Numbered from the stretch's first letter, positions 1 to 8,913 are shown. The stretch: 32,246 bases of DNA from Pseudomonadota bacterium (GCA_021617435.1 JAJWCP010000001.1:1388-33633), one strand, 5' to 3'. Notes: generated from the sequence alone by a model not told the origin. A program made the numbers and translations.

Positions 1-1
1 G

Positions 2-877
2 CAACCGAGTGAGCAGGGAGTTGTTTTGCGTTTTGGCAAATATATAACAACCACCGATTCGGGGCTGCATTATCATTTGCCGTACCCGATTGAGAGCGTG
101 ATAAAAGTTAATGTTACGCAAGAGCGCAGTATCAATTTGGGCGTTTCGGAAAATACTAATGCTGCGGCGCATTATTACAATAACAATCAGTCAAGCGTTG
201 CTCTCAACTCTTTTACCGAAAGCCACATGTTGACCGGCGATGAAAATATTGTTGACATTAACTTAACCGTGGTTTGGAAAATTAAAGACGCTAAAGATTA
301 TTTGTTTAACGTTAGGAGTCCTGATGTAACGGTCAGGGTTGCGGCGCAGTCGGTCTTGCGTGAAATTGTCGGACAGTCCGAAATGCAACCGATTATTACC
401 GGCGACCGCGGCATGGTTGAAGATGAAACCAAAGCCGAATTACAAAAATTGTTGGACGACTTTGGCGCCGGCGTGGTAATTGTGCGCGTAAAGTTGCAAA
501 AAGCCGACCCACCCAAGCAGGTTGTTGACGCGTTTAATGAAGTTCAGCGCGCCAAGGCCGATAAAGAAAGATTTAAAAACGAGGCGGAAGCCTACCGCAA
601 TGAGGTTTTGCCTAAAGCCAAAGGCGAGGCGGTAAAGCGCACGCAGGAGGCGGAAGCCTATAAAGAAGCGGTAATCAACAAAGCACAAGGCGAGGCGGAA
701 CGCTTTTTATCGGTTTACAATGCGTATAAACAAGGCAAAAAAGTTACGGCTGAGCGCCTGTATCTTGAAACTATGGAAGATGTTCTTTCCAAGTCAGATA
801 CCGTAATTGTTGACCCGTCGGCAAAAGGCGGAAATGTACTGCCGATTTTATCGGTTAAAGGTAAGGAGGTAAAATAA
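2..877 (+). CDS. hflK: HflK, SPFH/band-7 protease modulator (5' end truncated by the window edge)
   Basis: The frame is open from base 2 (QPSEQGVVLRFGKY...), so the TTG at 26 in the ORF track is probably internal. It has an SPFH-type core and a Lys/Glu/Ala-rich coiled-coil tail (KERFKNEAEAYRNEVLPKAKGEA...AQGEAERF). It is followed directly by hflC, with stop and start overlapping at 877. Confidence 0.9.
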   Translation, partial: QPSEQGVVLRFGKYITTTDSGLHYHLPYPIESVIKVNVTQERSINLGVSENTNAAAHYYNNNQSSVALNSFTESHMLTGDENIVDINLTVVWKIKDAKDYLFNVRSPDVTVRVAAQSVLREIVGQSEMQPIITGDRGMVEDETKAELQKLLDDFGAGVVIVRVKLQKADPPKQVVDAFNEVQRAKADKERFKNEAEAYRNEVLPKAKGEAVKRTQEAEAYKEAVINKAQGEAERFLSVYNAYKQGKKVTAERLYLETMEDVLSKSDTVIVDPSAKGGNVLPILSVKGKEVK

Positions 878-1743
878 TGAACAAAAATATAAGAGCTTAT
901 CTTTTAATTATATTGGCGGTTACCATAGTGGTTTTAAGCGGCTCGCTGTATGTGGTTAATCAAACCGAACAAGCTATTGTGTTGCAGTTCGGCGAGCCGG
1001 TGCGTTTGGTCAAAGATGCCGGTCTAAAAATCAAACTGCCGCTTATTCAAAATGTTGTTTACTATGATACCCGTTTGCTTAATTTGGATCCTCCGGCGCA
1101 AGAAATTGTATTAAACGATAAAAAGCGCTTGGATGTTGACAGCTTTACCCGTTATCGCATTGTTGATCCGCTGAAGTTTTATCAAACCGTGCGCACTGAA
1201 ACTCAAGCCCGTAGCAAGCTTGAAGAGATTGTTAATTCTTCCGTGCGCAAAGTTTTGGGTCGGGTAACTTTGCAGGAGCTTCTTTCCAAAGAGCGGGCGC
1301 AGATTATGGCAGACATCAGCAACGCGGTTAAAAACGATGCCGAACAAATCGGGGTGAGCGTGGCTGAAGTTCGGATTCGTCGCGCTGACTTGCCGATTGA
1401 GGTTTTGCAGGCGATTAATGACCGCATGAAAGCCGAACGCGACCGCGATGCCAAAGAGTTCAGAGCGCAAGGTCAACAAGAGGCGCAACAAATACGCTCC
1501 AAGGCGGACAAAGAGCGCACCATTATTATTGCTGAGGCTGAAAAGCAAGCGCAAATTATCCGCGGTGAAGGCGATAAAGAGGCGACTGCCATTTGGAACA
1601 AAGCGGCAGCAACCGATCCGCAGTTTTATGCTTATTATCGTTCGCTTGAAGCTTATCGCACTTCGCTCGGCAATGATAAAAACTCGTTTGTGTTATCGCC
1701 GGAATCTGACTTTTTCCGTTATTTTAAGGGGAGCTTGAAGTAG
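877..1743 (+). CDS. hflC: HflC, SPFH/band-7 protease modulator
   Basis: There is an N-terminal TM helix (AYLLIILAVTIVVLSGSLYVV), then the QAIVLQFGEPVR start of the SPFH domain. A coiled-coil follows (AERDRDAKEFRAQGQQEAQQIRSKADKER...GEGD). The gene appears translationally coupled to hflK. Confidence 0.92.
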   Translation: MNKNIRAYLLIILAVTIVVLSGSLYVVNQTEQAIVLQFGEPVRLVKDAGLKIKLPLIQNVVYYDTRLLNLDPPAQEIVLNDKKRLDVDSFTRYRIVDPLKFYQTVRTETQARSKLEEIVNSSVRKVLGRVTLQELLSKERAQIMADISNAVKNDAEQIGVSVAEVRIRRADLPIEVLQAINDRMKAERDRDAKEFRAQGQQEAQQIRSKADKERTIIIAEAEKQAQIIRGEGDKEATAIWNKAAATDPQFYAYYRSLEAYRTSLGNDKNSFVLSPESDFFRYFKGSLK

Positions 1744-1746
1744 CTA

Positions 1747-3051
1747 ATGGTGTTTCGTTCTTTAATTGCGGCATTGCTTGCCGGAGTGTGCGCAGTTGGT
1801 TCGGCAAAAGCGCAAACTTCTTTTGCGCCGCTCGTTGAAAAAGTTATGTCGTCTGTGGTTAATATTTCAGCTCGGCAGCAAGAGGCGGAAGACGCGCCAG
1901 AAATTCAGAACAATTTAGTGTTTGCCAATCAGGAAAATCATTTCGGTATTGGCTCAGGTTTTGTTATCAGCGCTGACGGCTACATAGCCACCAACCGCCA
2001 TGTTATAGAAAATGCAGATGCTATTACCGTGATAACCGATGATAAAAAAGAGTATCAGGCAATTTTAGTCGGGCAAGATTTTCAAACTGATTTAGCGCTG
2101 ATAAAAATTGAACCGAAAGCCAAATTGCAGGCTGTTGAGTTTGGCGATTCCGATAGAATTAAAGTCGGCGATTGGGTTATGGCGGCGGGTAATCCGTTCG
2201 GGCTCGGCAACAGCGTGAGTGCCGGTATTATTTCCGCCAAATCACGCGACATCGGCAGTGGCTCTTATGATAACTATTTACAAACTGATGCGGCCATCAA
2301 TCAGGGTAATTCCGGCGGTCCGTTGTTTGATATGGGCGGTCGCGTTATCGGGGTTAATACCGCTATTTTTTCCACCACCGGCAACAGTGTCGGGGTGGGG
2401 TTTGCCGTCCCTTCCAATCAGGCGGAGTGGGTGCTTGCTAAGCTTCAATCTGACGGCAAGGTTGAACGCAGTTGGCTTGGCGTTACCGTAAAATCAACGC
2501 AGGCGCAAGACGGCGCCAATGCTCTGACGGTTGTTTCATTGCAGGATGAAAATTTGGCTTTAAAAAACGGCTTGCAGGTTGGCGATATGATAGTTGCCTT
2601 AAATAATGAACCGATAACCGCAATTACGGCTTTTGTGTCGCAAATTGCGCAAATGTCGCCTGCCAGCGCAATAAAGCTCACAATTCGGCGCGCCGGAGAG
2701 GTTCGTGAACTTGATGCTCAGACCGCGCTTATGCCGGAAGTAAAAGAAACTCAAGCTCAACGCTTAAAAGCTGTAACTGAACCGGCGGAAGAAAAGTATA
2801 ACAAGTTGGGCATGACCTTTAACGGCTTGCGGGTTATGGCGGTCAAATCCGGCAGTGAGGCGGCGCAAAAAGGGGTAAAAGCCGGCGATGTTTTGCTTAA
2901 AATCAACGGTGTTCCGGTTTATGTGCCCGATGAAATTGAGCGCCGGATTTCGGAGGCGGAATTAAGCGGCGAGCAGCTAAGACTGGATTTTAATGATCCG
3001 CGCGCCGATGAAACCTATTTTGTTGAGTGCGTGGTTGCGCCGCAAAAGTAA
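1747..3051 (+). CDS. htrA: Periplasmic serine endoprotease, HtrA/DegP/DegQ family
   Basis: It has a signal peptide (MVFRSLIAALLAGVCAVGSAKAQ). The trypsin-like triad contexts are TNRHV, DLALIK and GNSGGPL. Two PDZ-like segments are present (GLQVGDMIVALNNEPI; GVKAGDVLLKINGVPV). The hflKC-htrA synteny is conserved. Confidence 0.9.
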   Translation: MVFRSLIAALLAGVCAVGSAKAQTSFAPLVEKVMSSVVNISARQQEAEDAPEIQNNLVFANQENHFGIGSGFVISADGYIATNRHVIENADAITVITDDKKEYQAILVGQDFQTDLALIKIEPKAKLQAVEFGDSDRIKVGDWVMAAGNPFGLGNSVSAGIISAKSRDIGSGSYDNYLQTDAAINQGNSGGPLFDMGGRVIGVNTAIFSTTGNSVGVGFAVPSNQAEWVLAKLQSDGKVERSWLGVTVKSTQAQDGANALTVVSLQDENLALKNGLQVGDMIVALNNEPITAITAFVSQIAQMSPASAIKLTIRRAGEVRELDAQTALMPEVKETQAQRLKAVTEPAEEKYNKLGMTFNGLRVMAVKSGSEAAQKGVKAGDVLLKINGVPVYVPDEIERRISEAELSGEQLRLDFNDPRADETYFVECVVAPQK

Positions 3052-3066
3052 TGAACGGAGGACAAG

Positions 3067-3522
3067 TTGAGCCGAGTAGATTTTTATCATCTCCAAAAAC
3101 AAACGTTGGAAGACGTATTGCCTAAATTGTTGGAAAAAGCTTATTCTTCCGGCAGTAAAATCAAGGTTAAAGTCGGCACTGAGGCGCGGGTTGATTTTTT
3201 AAATTCTCTGCTCTGGACTTATAATGATGAGAGCTTTTTGCCTCATGGCAGCAAAAAAGACGGGGCGGCGGAATTGCAACCGATATGGCTTTCCGCGGAT
3301 GATGATAATCCTAACGGAGCATCTATGTTGTTTTTAACTGATGAAGCTATGCTCTCAGAGAGCGATACTGAAATCTATACCCGCATTTTTAATATTTTTG
3401 ACGGCAACAATTCTGAGGCGCTGCAAAATGCGCGCGATTTATGGAAAAATTTGCGTAGCTCCGGAGCCGAACTTCATTATTGGCAGCAGGATAATGACGG
3501 ACATTGGGCTGAAAAAGCTTAG
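3067..3522 (+). CDS. holC: DNA polymerase III subunit chi
   Basis: The protein is 151 aa. Its N-terminus (VDFYHL, then LPKLLEKA) and the LNSLLWTYNDESFLPHG block are typical of chi subunits. It uses a TTG start with a strong GGAGGA Shine-Dalgarno about 6 nt upstream (3056-3061). Confidence 0.75.
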   Translation: MSRVDFYHLQKQTLEDVLPKLLEKAYSSGSKIKVKVGTEARVDFLNSLLWTYNDESFLPHGSKKDGAAELQPIWLSADDDNPNGASMLFLTDEAMLSESDTEIYTRIFNIFDGNNSEALQNARDLWKNLRSSGAELHYWQQDNDGHWAEKA

Positions 3523-3623
3523 CCGGTATAATATTCTGTATAAATACCGTAAAAAAAACTTGCTAACTGCGGAATAAGATTCTAATTTAAAGCCATTGGA
3601 TTGAACTTATTTTGGAGGTTTAA

Positions 3624-4601
3624 ATGGCTGAAAACAGCAAACTCGCAAACGATATTGCCAGTGCAAAAAGAACTATTGACAAAGAAGTTGAAGCTTTGCG
3701 CATGATGGAAAATTCCTTTGATGAAAGCTTAACTCAGGCTCTTGATTTAATGCAAAATTGCAAAGGCCGCGTGATTGTTACCGGTATGGGTAAATCAGGG
3801 CACATTGCTCGTAAAATTGCCGCAACTTTGGCTTCAACCGGCACGCCGTCTTTTTTTGTGCACCCGAGTGAAGCAAGCCACGGCGATTTGGGTATGCTGA
3901 CCACTGATGATGTGGTTATTGCCATTTCTAACGGCGGCGAGAGTAAAGAACTTGCTGATATTTTGCTCTATTGCAAACGCTTTAGCATTCCGCTTGTTGC
4001 TATTACCAAAAATCCGGATAGTACCTTAGGTAAAAACAGTAATCTTGTTTTAAGACTTCCTAATGACGGCGAAGCATGCCCATTGGGTCTTGCTCCTACT
4101 TCCTCAACTACCGCCACTTTGGTTATGGGCGATGTTTTGGCTATTGATTTAATGGAACGCAAAGGCTTTTCGGCAACTGATTATAAACAACGTCACCCGG
4201 GCGGAAAACTTGGCGCTATTTTAAGCAAAGTATCTGACCTTATGCACAGTGGTTCTGAAATGCCGATTGTCGGTGAAGAAACCATTATGCAAGACGCGCT
4301 GATGGAAATGACTGCTAAAATGTTAGGTTGCGTTGGTATTGTTGATAAAAATGGCGATTTAATCGGCATCATCACTGATGGTGACTTGCGCCGTTGGATG
4401 TCGCCGGGGCTTATTTTGGAAAAAGTTTCCACCGTTATGACCAAAAATCCTAAAACTATCGGTCCTGATGCGTTGGCGGTTGAAGCCTTAAAAACCATGA
4501 ACACCACCGGCAAAGGGATTACCAACCTGTTTGTGGTTGACGGAAAAAAACCGATTGGCTTGATTCATATTCATGACTGTTTGCGTGCAGGGGTTGCGTA
4601 A
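3624..4601 (+). CDS. kdsD: Arabinose-5-phosphate isomerase (KdsD/KpsF/GutQ family)
   Basis: It has a SIS domain motif (GRVIVTGMGKSGHIARKIAATLASTGTPSFFVHPSEASHGDLG) followed by a tandem CBS pair. A GGAGG Shine-Dalgarno lies at 3614-3618. The gene sits upstream of the lpt genes, as in the kdsD-lptC-lptA-lptB cluster. Confidence 0.92.
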   Translation: MAENSKLANDIASAKRTIDKEVEALRMMENSFDESLTQALDLMQNCKGRVIVTGMGKSGHIARKIAATLASTGTPSFFVHPSEASHGDLGMLTTDDVVIAISNGGESKELADILLYCKRFSIPLVAITKNPDSTLGKNSNLVLRLPNDGEACPLGLAPTSSTTATLVMGDVLAIDLMERKGFSATDYKQRHPGGKLGAILSKVSDLMHSGSEMPIVGEETIMQDALMEMTAKMLGCVGIVDKNGDLIGIITDGDLRRWMSPGLILEKVSTVMTKNPKTIGPDALAVEALKTMNTTGKGITNLFVVDGKKPIGLIHIHDCLRAGVA

Positions 4602-5873
4602 TTGGTTGATTATGGCAAGATAGACTCGTTTTTTAACGGGGAGCATCCTTTTGAAGAAAAAAACAGTCGCCGTTTAAGCTTAAAAGCCAAGCTCATACGC
4701 GGGGCAAAGCTTGTTATGCCTTCAACAGCGGCTGTTTTAATCGCTTTACTTATGCTTTATCCGTCATTAAAAAAAGACGAGGCTGTTGCTAATTTAGATG
4801 TTACGTTGCCTAAAAAAGGCGAGCTTGAAAAACTCCATATTGAAAAGACTGAATTTTCGGTTACTGATAAAGATAATTTGGTCAGTTTAATCAAGGCTGA
4901 CCAGGTTGATGAAACCACTGCCGGCTCCAAGGTTATGAAAATTATTAATCCGCAAGGCACAATTCCGGCCGGAAGCAATGACAAACCGGTGGCGGTCAGC
5001 TCCAAAGTCGGCTATTATGACCAAAAAAACAATATCATGAAATTGGAAAAAAATGTTAAGGCCGTGTATGCCGATGGTACCACTGCTGAAACGCAGGAAG
5101 TTAAATATGATTTTAAAAAATCTTTAGGTAACGGCACGCAAAAACTTTATGCTTACGGTGCTTGGGGAAAACTGTGGTCAGAGCAATTTACCTATAATCA
5201 CGCCGCGCAGGTTTTAACCTTAATCGGCAAGTCAAAAGTAACAGATGAAAAAAACACTTTGTTTGCTGACGGACAGGTTCGTTATTATCGTGCTGAAAAC
5301 AAGGCTGAAGCTGATGAAAACGTTAAAATTGAAACGCCGCAAAATGTTATAACTTCCGATAAAATGCGTGCTTTTATCAAGCAAGCCAAAAACTTAGAGT
5401 TTGAAAAAACCGAGGCATGGGGCAATGTTAAATTAACCGCTGAAAAAAACACTATGTATGCCGACAGAGCAGTGGTCTTTTTTCAAAACGGCGCAGTCAG
5501 CAAGGCGGAAGCTTATAATAATGTAAAAGTTATTGAAGGCGATAACACGATGTACGCTGATAAGGTTTTTGTCTTTTTTAAGGACGGCGGCACGCAAGAT
5601 ATTGAAAAAATTGAAGCTTACGATAATGTAAAGGTAGTAACGCCGGACGGAGTTGCCAAAGGCGATTACGGGTTGTATCAACCCCATAAAAATGAAGTTG
5701 AACTAAAGCATAATGTTGCCATAACGCAAAATGGCAGCGTTATTTACGGCGACCGCGCGATTACCGACTTAAAAACTTCCGTCAGCCGCGTGTTGTCTGA
5801 TACGCATAATAAGCGCGTTTCCGGTGTGATTACCGGCGCTGCAATTAAAGGTGAAAAAAATGAAAAAAAATAA
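4602..5873 (+). CDS. Membrane-anchored LptC-like plus LptA/OstA-like fusion protein (LPS transport bridge)
   Basis: The TTG start directly abuts the kdsD stop. There is an N-terminal anchor (RRLSLKAKLIRGAKLVMPSTAAVLIALLMLYPSL). The first half is LptC-like. The second half carries OstA-type repeats (EKNTMYADRAVVFF...AEAYNNVKV; GDNTMYADKVFVFF...IEAYDNVKV; GDYGLYQPHKNEVELKHNV). The position between kdsD and lptB fits. The start codon is uncertain. Confidence 0.7.
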   Translation: MVDYGKIDSFFNGEHPFEEKNSRRLSLKAKLIRGAKLVMPSTAAVLIALLMLYPSLKKDEAVANLDVTLPKKGELEKLHIEKTEFSVTDKDNLVSLIKADQVDETTAGSKVMKIINPQGTIPAGSNDKPVAVSSKVGYYDQKNNIMKLEKNVKAVYADGTTAETQEVKYDFKKSLGNGTQKLYAYGAWGKLWSEQFTYNHAAQVLTLIGKSKVTDEKNTLFADGQVRYYRAENKAEADENVKIETPQNVITSDKMRAFIKQAKNLEFEKTEAWGNVKLTAEKNTMYADRAVVFFQNGAVSKAEAYNNVKVIEGDNTMYADKVFVFFKDGGTQDIEKIEAYDNVKVVTPDGVAKGDYGLYQPHKNEVELKHNVAITQNGSVIYGDRAITDLKTSVSRVLSDTHNKRVSGVITGAAIKGEKNEKK

Positions 5874-6600
5874 TCAGGATTCGGTATTAGAAATTTTTAA
5901 TATCGGCAAAAAATATAAAAATCGCGCCGTTTTGAAGAATGTTTCGCTACATGTTCGCCGCGGTGAGGCAGTCGGTTTGTTAGGACCTAACGGCGCCGGT
6001 AAAACCACATGTTTTTATTGCGTTATCGGCTTAATTACGCCTGATTACGGCGATGTTCATATTAACGGCGAAGATATTACCAATATGCCGATGTACCGTC
6101 GCGCCCGTATGGGCATCGGTTATCTGCCGCAAGAAGCTTCTATTTTCAGAAGTTTAAGCGTGGAAGACAATATTAAAGCTATTTTGGAAATTGTGGAAGA
6201 AGACGAAAGTAAGCGCGAAAATATGTTAGAAGAATTGTTAAATGAGTTTTCAATCGCACACTTGCGCAAATCTCCGGCAATTGCGCTGTCAGGCGGTGAA
6301 CGCCGCCGTTTGGAAATTGCCCGCGCGCTTGCCAGCAATCCTGATTTTATTTTGCTTGATGAACCGCTTGCCGGTATTGACCCGATTGCGGTGGGCGAAA
6401 TCCGTTCACTGGTATCGCAGCTTAAAAACCGCGGCTTGGGTGTGCTGATTACCGACCACAATGTGCGCGAAACCTTAGACATTATTGACCGCGCCTATAT
6501 TTTGCACGGCGGCTCCGTATTAATGGAAGGCACGCCGGAAGAAATTGTTGCCAGTAAAGAAGTTCGCAAAGTTTATTTGGGTGATAATTTTTCTATGTAG
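5860..6600 (+). CDS. lptB: LPS export ABC transporter ATP-binding protein LptB
   Basis: It has Walker A (GPNGAGKTT), the ABC signature (LSGGERRRLEIARAL), Walker B (ILLDEP) and an H-loop (ITDHN). I chose the ATG at 5860 because AAGGTG lies about 6 nt upstream. The ORF track start (GTG at 5851) is the alternative. The gene overlaps the 3' end of the preceding ORF. Confidence 0.93.
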   Translation: MKKNNQDSVLEIFNIGKKYKNRAVLKNVSLHVRRGEAVGLLGPNGAGKTTCFYCVIGLITPDYGDVHINGEDITNMPMYRRARMGIGYLPQEASIFRSLSVEDNIKAILEIVEEDESKRENMLEELLNEFSIAHLRKSPAIALSGGERRRLEIARALASNPDFILLDEPLAGIDPIAVGEIRSLVSQLKNRGLGVLITDHNVRETLDIIDRAYILHGGSVLMEGTPEEIVASKEVRKVYLGDNFSM

Positions 6601-6608
6601 CCTATACC

Positions 6609-6642
6609 CCTCATTGCTTGCAGTGAGGAGAATTTTATTTTT
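6609..6642 (+). terminator. Putative rho-independent terminator of lptB
   Basis: An 8-bp stem (6609-6616 cctcattg pairing with 6621-6628 cagtgagg, one G-U pair) has a cttg loop. It is followed by the T-rich run aattttattttt. Confidence 0.5.
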
Positions 6643-6645
6643 CAG

Positions 6646-6677
6646 ATTTACGAGTCCGGGGTGTGTATAAGTTGTAT
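6646..6677. repeat. Left copy of a 32-bp direct repeat flanking the low-GC cassette
   Basis: The sequence atttacgagtccggggtgtgtataagttgtat matches 8914-8945 at 29 of 32 positions on the same strand. Confidence 0.85.
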
Positions 6678-6746
6678 TTAAATCCGCAATATAAAAAATT
6701 CCCCTCTGATGATATTGTAGCGTTCGCGCGCTCTTTTGCAGGAAAA

Positions 6747-8771
6747 TTATAAATCAAGTTGCTTTTTTACATTGGCAAATACTAAATTTACAGCCGCTTC
6801 AATTTTCCTTTCTTTCTTTTTAACTTCTTTTACATATTGTTGAGCTTTTTCTTTAGTATTAGTCATGTCATGCAACAAGCCACGGTAACAGCTTTGAGGG
6901 TGAGGACCTCCATAATAAATTACTTTATGGTGCGAGTCTTCATTGGTAAATTCATTAATAATCCTGATGCGGCGGGCATTAGGCGTAACCGGTTCTTGCG
7001 TGGCAATTTTATCTTGCGGGGTTTTAGCATTAGGATTTTCATATAATTCAATTAACGGACTGTCTTGTTGGTGTAAAAACTGATGAGACAGCTTGTTAAC
7101 AATTACAAAATTATCCGGTGTGTTTTCACCGCCGTCTTTTAAGGGCTTTTTGTGATGAACCTGGAAATTGGTTGCTCTGTATACATACGGGTCGCCGACA
7201 TTTGCGGCATTTTCCCAAATTTCATCAATGGTTACATTATCATCTGTTAAGTCAGCCGATATGGTTTTAACTAATTTTTTGTTTTTTGCAACCTCTTTCC
7301 AGAAAGCATGGCGAGCATCTTCAATCTTATGTCCTGATTTAAGTTCACTGAGGACAAATCTGTCTTTATGAAAATAACGACCATCCCACTCATCATAAGC
7401 AACATAATATTCATATTCATTATTTTTAGCAACCATTTCGTTAATATCTTTAAGGTTAAATTTAACGGCAATTTTCGGCGGTACATGCATGTTACAAAAC
7501 ATGTCCTTTACTGTTCCGATATATTCATCAAAACCATATTCTTTAAGACTTTTAATAGCAATGCTTTCATCATCTAATCGGTCATAATCATTATATTTAA
7601 ATTTATGATTATTATCAGGTTTAAATTCTAAAAATTCTTTAGTATGTAGCATACTACGGAACCTTTCATCTTCCACTTTACCGACCATTGCGTCAAATTG
7701 CAAACGTTTGACAGAATTGATATTGGTGTCGGATATGTCGCCATAAGTATAAGTAACTTTAAGCCCGTACATGCCACGGAAGTTATTAACTGCGTCTAAA
7801 TTTTCTTGTGTGAAGTTATTAACTAAATACCGCATAATCTCGCTATCCATATCCAGTAATTTTTCGTCATCATAGCCCATAATGCAGTTATAAAAAAATT
7901 CTTTATCTTCCGGATTGTCTGATTTAGTAACTGCAGTTGTTTCACGTAATAACTGCTCTGCAAACGGCATATCGGGGTATTTTTCGTTAAGAGCGCCTTC
8001 TAAATAGTTGTTTTTTGCTAATAGTTCAAAGATTGCTGACTTAAAATTTTTATCTTTGACGTTTGGATTGTTGGCTAAATTAATAAAATAATCAATGTTT
8101 TCAGTTTGGCAATTTCGTAAAAATGACCAGTCATCACAGCCGTTAGTATTTAATGCTGATATACATGGTTGTAAAATTTTGTCGTCATCTGTGTTGATGG
8201 CAATATGCTTGATTAAATCTATTTTGTCCTTTTTGCTTGCTTTGTTCATAGTATTGCACGCCGTTGCAAGTATACATTTTGTGATTTTCGGATTAGACCT
8301 AATTTTTGTGTTGCTACCTAAACACTCTAAAAAATTTTGTATGGTTCTGCCGGTATATAATTTCGGATTTTCCAGTTGTTGGAGTAAAAATTTATCATCA
8401 TTATAAAAATCATTGTAAGCAACAGCTGCGTATAATTTAATTTGATCATTCAATAAACGGTCATTGGTAATTTTAGTAGCTCTGAATAAATCAATAAAAG
8501 CTTGTTGTGTGCCGTAGTTAAATGTTTTTATATTATTGTAGAGATGTTGTGGAGAATTATTATAAATATTGTGCGGGTCATAAAAGTTTGCTTTAAACAA
8601 ATCTTGATAAGTGTTTATAGGTTTATTGTGATCATAAGTCATAGTAGGCTTATTAGACTCATCTGTTACAGAGTTATTGGAATCGTAATCTAATGATGAG
8701 TGACGCTTTCTTAGTTTTTTGGCAGATGGATTGTTAATTGTATCGTACAAATAGTCTGTATCCTGATTCAT
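6747..8771 (-). CDS. Hypothetical 674-aa protein with a C-terminal HNH nuclease motif and an orphan N-terminal region
   Basis: This is a long uninterrupted ORF in AT-rich DNA. GGAG lies about 8 nt upstream of the ATG. The HNH-type motif NFQVHHKKPLKDGGENTPDNFVIVNKLSHQFLH occupies residues 535-569 (DNA 7065-7169). I recognise nothing in the first ~530 aa, which are rich in Asn, Asp, Lys and Tyr. Confidence 0.75.
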   Translation of the reverse strand: MNQDTDYLYDTINNPSAKKLRKRHSSLDYDSNNSVTDESNKPTMTYDHNKPINTYQDLFKANFYDPHNIYNNSPQHLYNNIKTFNYGTQQAFIDLFRATKITNDRLLNDQIKLYAAVAYNDFYNDDKFLLQQLENPKLYTGRTIQNFLECLGSNTKIRSNPKITKCILATACNTMNKASKKDKIDLIKHIAINTDDDKILQPCISALNTNGCDDWSFLRNCQTENIDYFINLANNPNVKDKNFKSAIFELLAKNNYLEGALNEKYPDMPFAEQLLRETTAVTKSDNPEDKEFFYNCIMGYDDEKLLDMDSEIMRYLVNNFTQENLDAVNNFRGMYGLKVTYTYGDISDTNINSVKRLQFDAMVGKVEDERFRSMLHTKEFLEFKPDNNHKFKYNDYDRLDDESIAIKSLKEYGFDEYIGTVKDMFCNMHVPPKIAVKFNLKDINEMVAKNNEYEYYVAYDEWDGRYFHKDRFVLSELKSGHKIEDARHAFWKEVAKNKKLVKTISADLTDDNVTIDEIWENAANVGDPYVYRATNFQVHHKKPLKDGGENTPDNFVIVNKLSHQFLHQQDSPLIELYENPNAKTPQDKIATQEPVTPNARRIRIINEFTNEDSHHKVIYYGGPHPQSCYRGLLHDMTNTKEKAQQYVKEVKKKERKIEAAVNLVFANVKKQLDL

Positions 8772-8913
8772 GGCGTTTACTCCGTATCAAAAACATAGGT
8801 TATATTAACATGCAAAATTAAATAAATCAAGCCAATAGGACTTTTTAGACAAAACAATTCGCATATTATCTTATAATATGAGAAGATTTTAGCTCGCGTT
8901 TTTTTTTTGCAAT

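Noticed and set aside
1111-1554. A 147-aa minus-strand ORF, plus the 83-aa and 96-aa ORFs in the same region.
   Set aside because: They are embedded in hflC in antisense or alternative frames, with no motifs. The repetitive Ala/Glu/Lys/Arg coiled-coil coding sequence of hflC easily leaves other frames open.
3524-3549. A hairpin (cggtat ... ataccg) just after holC, considered as a terminator.
   Set aside because: It has only a 6-bp stem and a 14-nt loop. It is followed by an A-run rather than a T-run on the coding strand.
5440-5640. Apparent tandem duplication inside the LptA-like region (NTMYAD...FF...AY-NVKV, twice).
   Set aside because: The similarity is at the protein-motif level and reflects the repeating strands of the OstA beta-jellyroll. 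The DNA copies are too diverged to represent a recent duplication.
8095-8406. A hydrophobic 103-aa plus-strand ORF antisense to the HNH-motif gene. I considered it as a possible hidden immunity protein.
   Set aside because: It has no Shine-Dalgarno. It is fully embedded antisense in the larger ORF. Its hydrophobic look is what antisense translation of an Asn/Lys/Asp-rich AT-rich gene produces. It would only be worth revisiting if antisense transcription is detected.
8886-8912. A possible promoter for the HNH-motif gene on the minus strand (TTGCAA ... TAAAAT).
   Set aside because: The spacer is only 15 nt by my count, shorter than the usual 16-18 nt. The hexamers also fall in an A/T homopolymer where such matches arise by chance.
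6678-8913. Terminal inverted repeats or a transposase/integrase that would define the cassette as an IS or integrative element.
   Set aside because: Comparing the inner flanks by eye on both strands showed no convincing inverted repeat. The only ORF has no DDE, tyrosine-recombinase or serine-recombinase motif that I can recognise.
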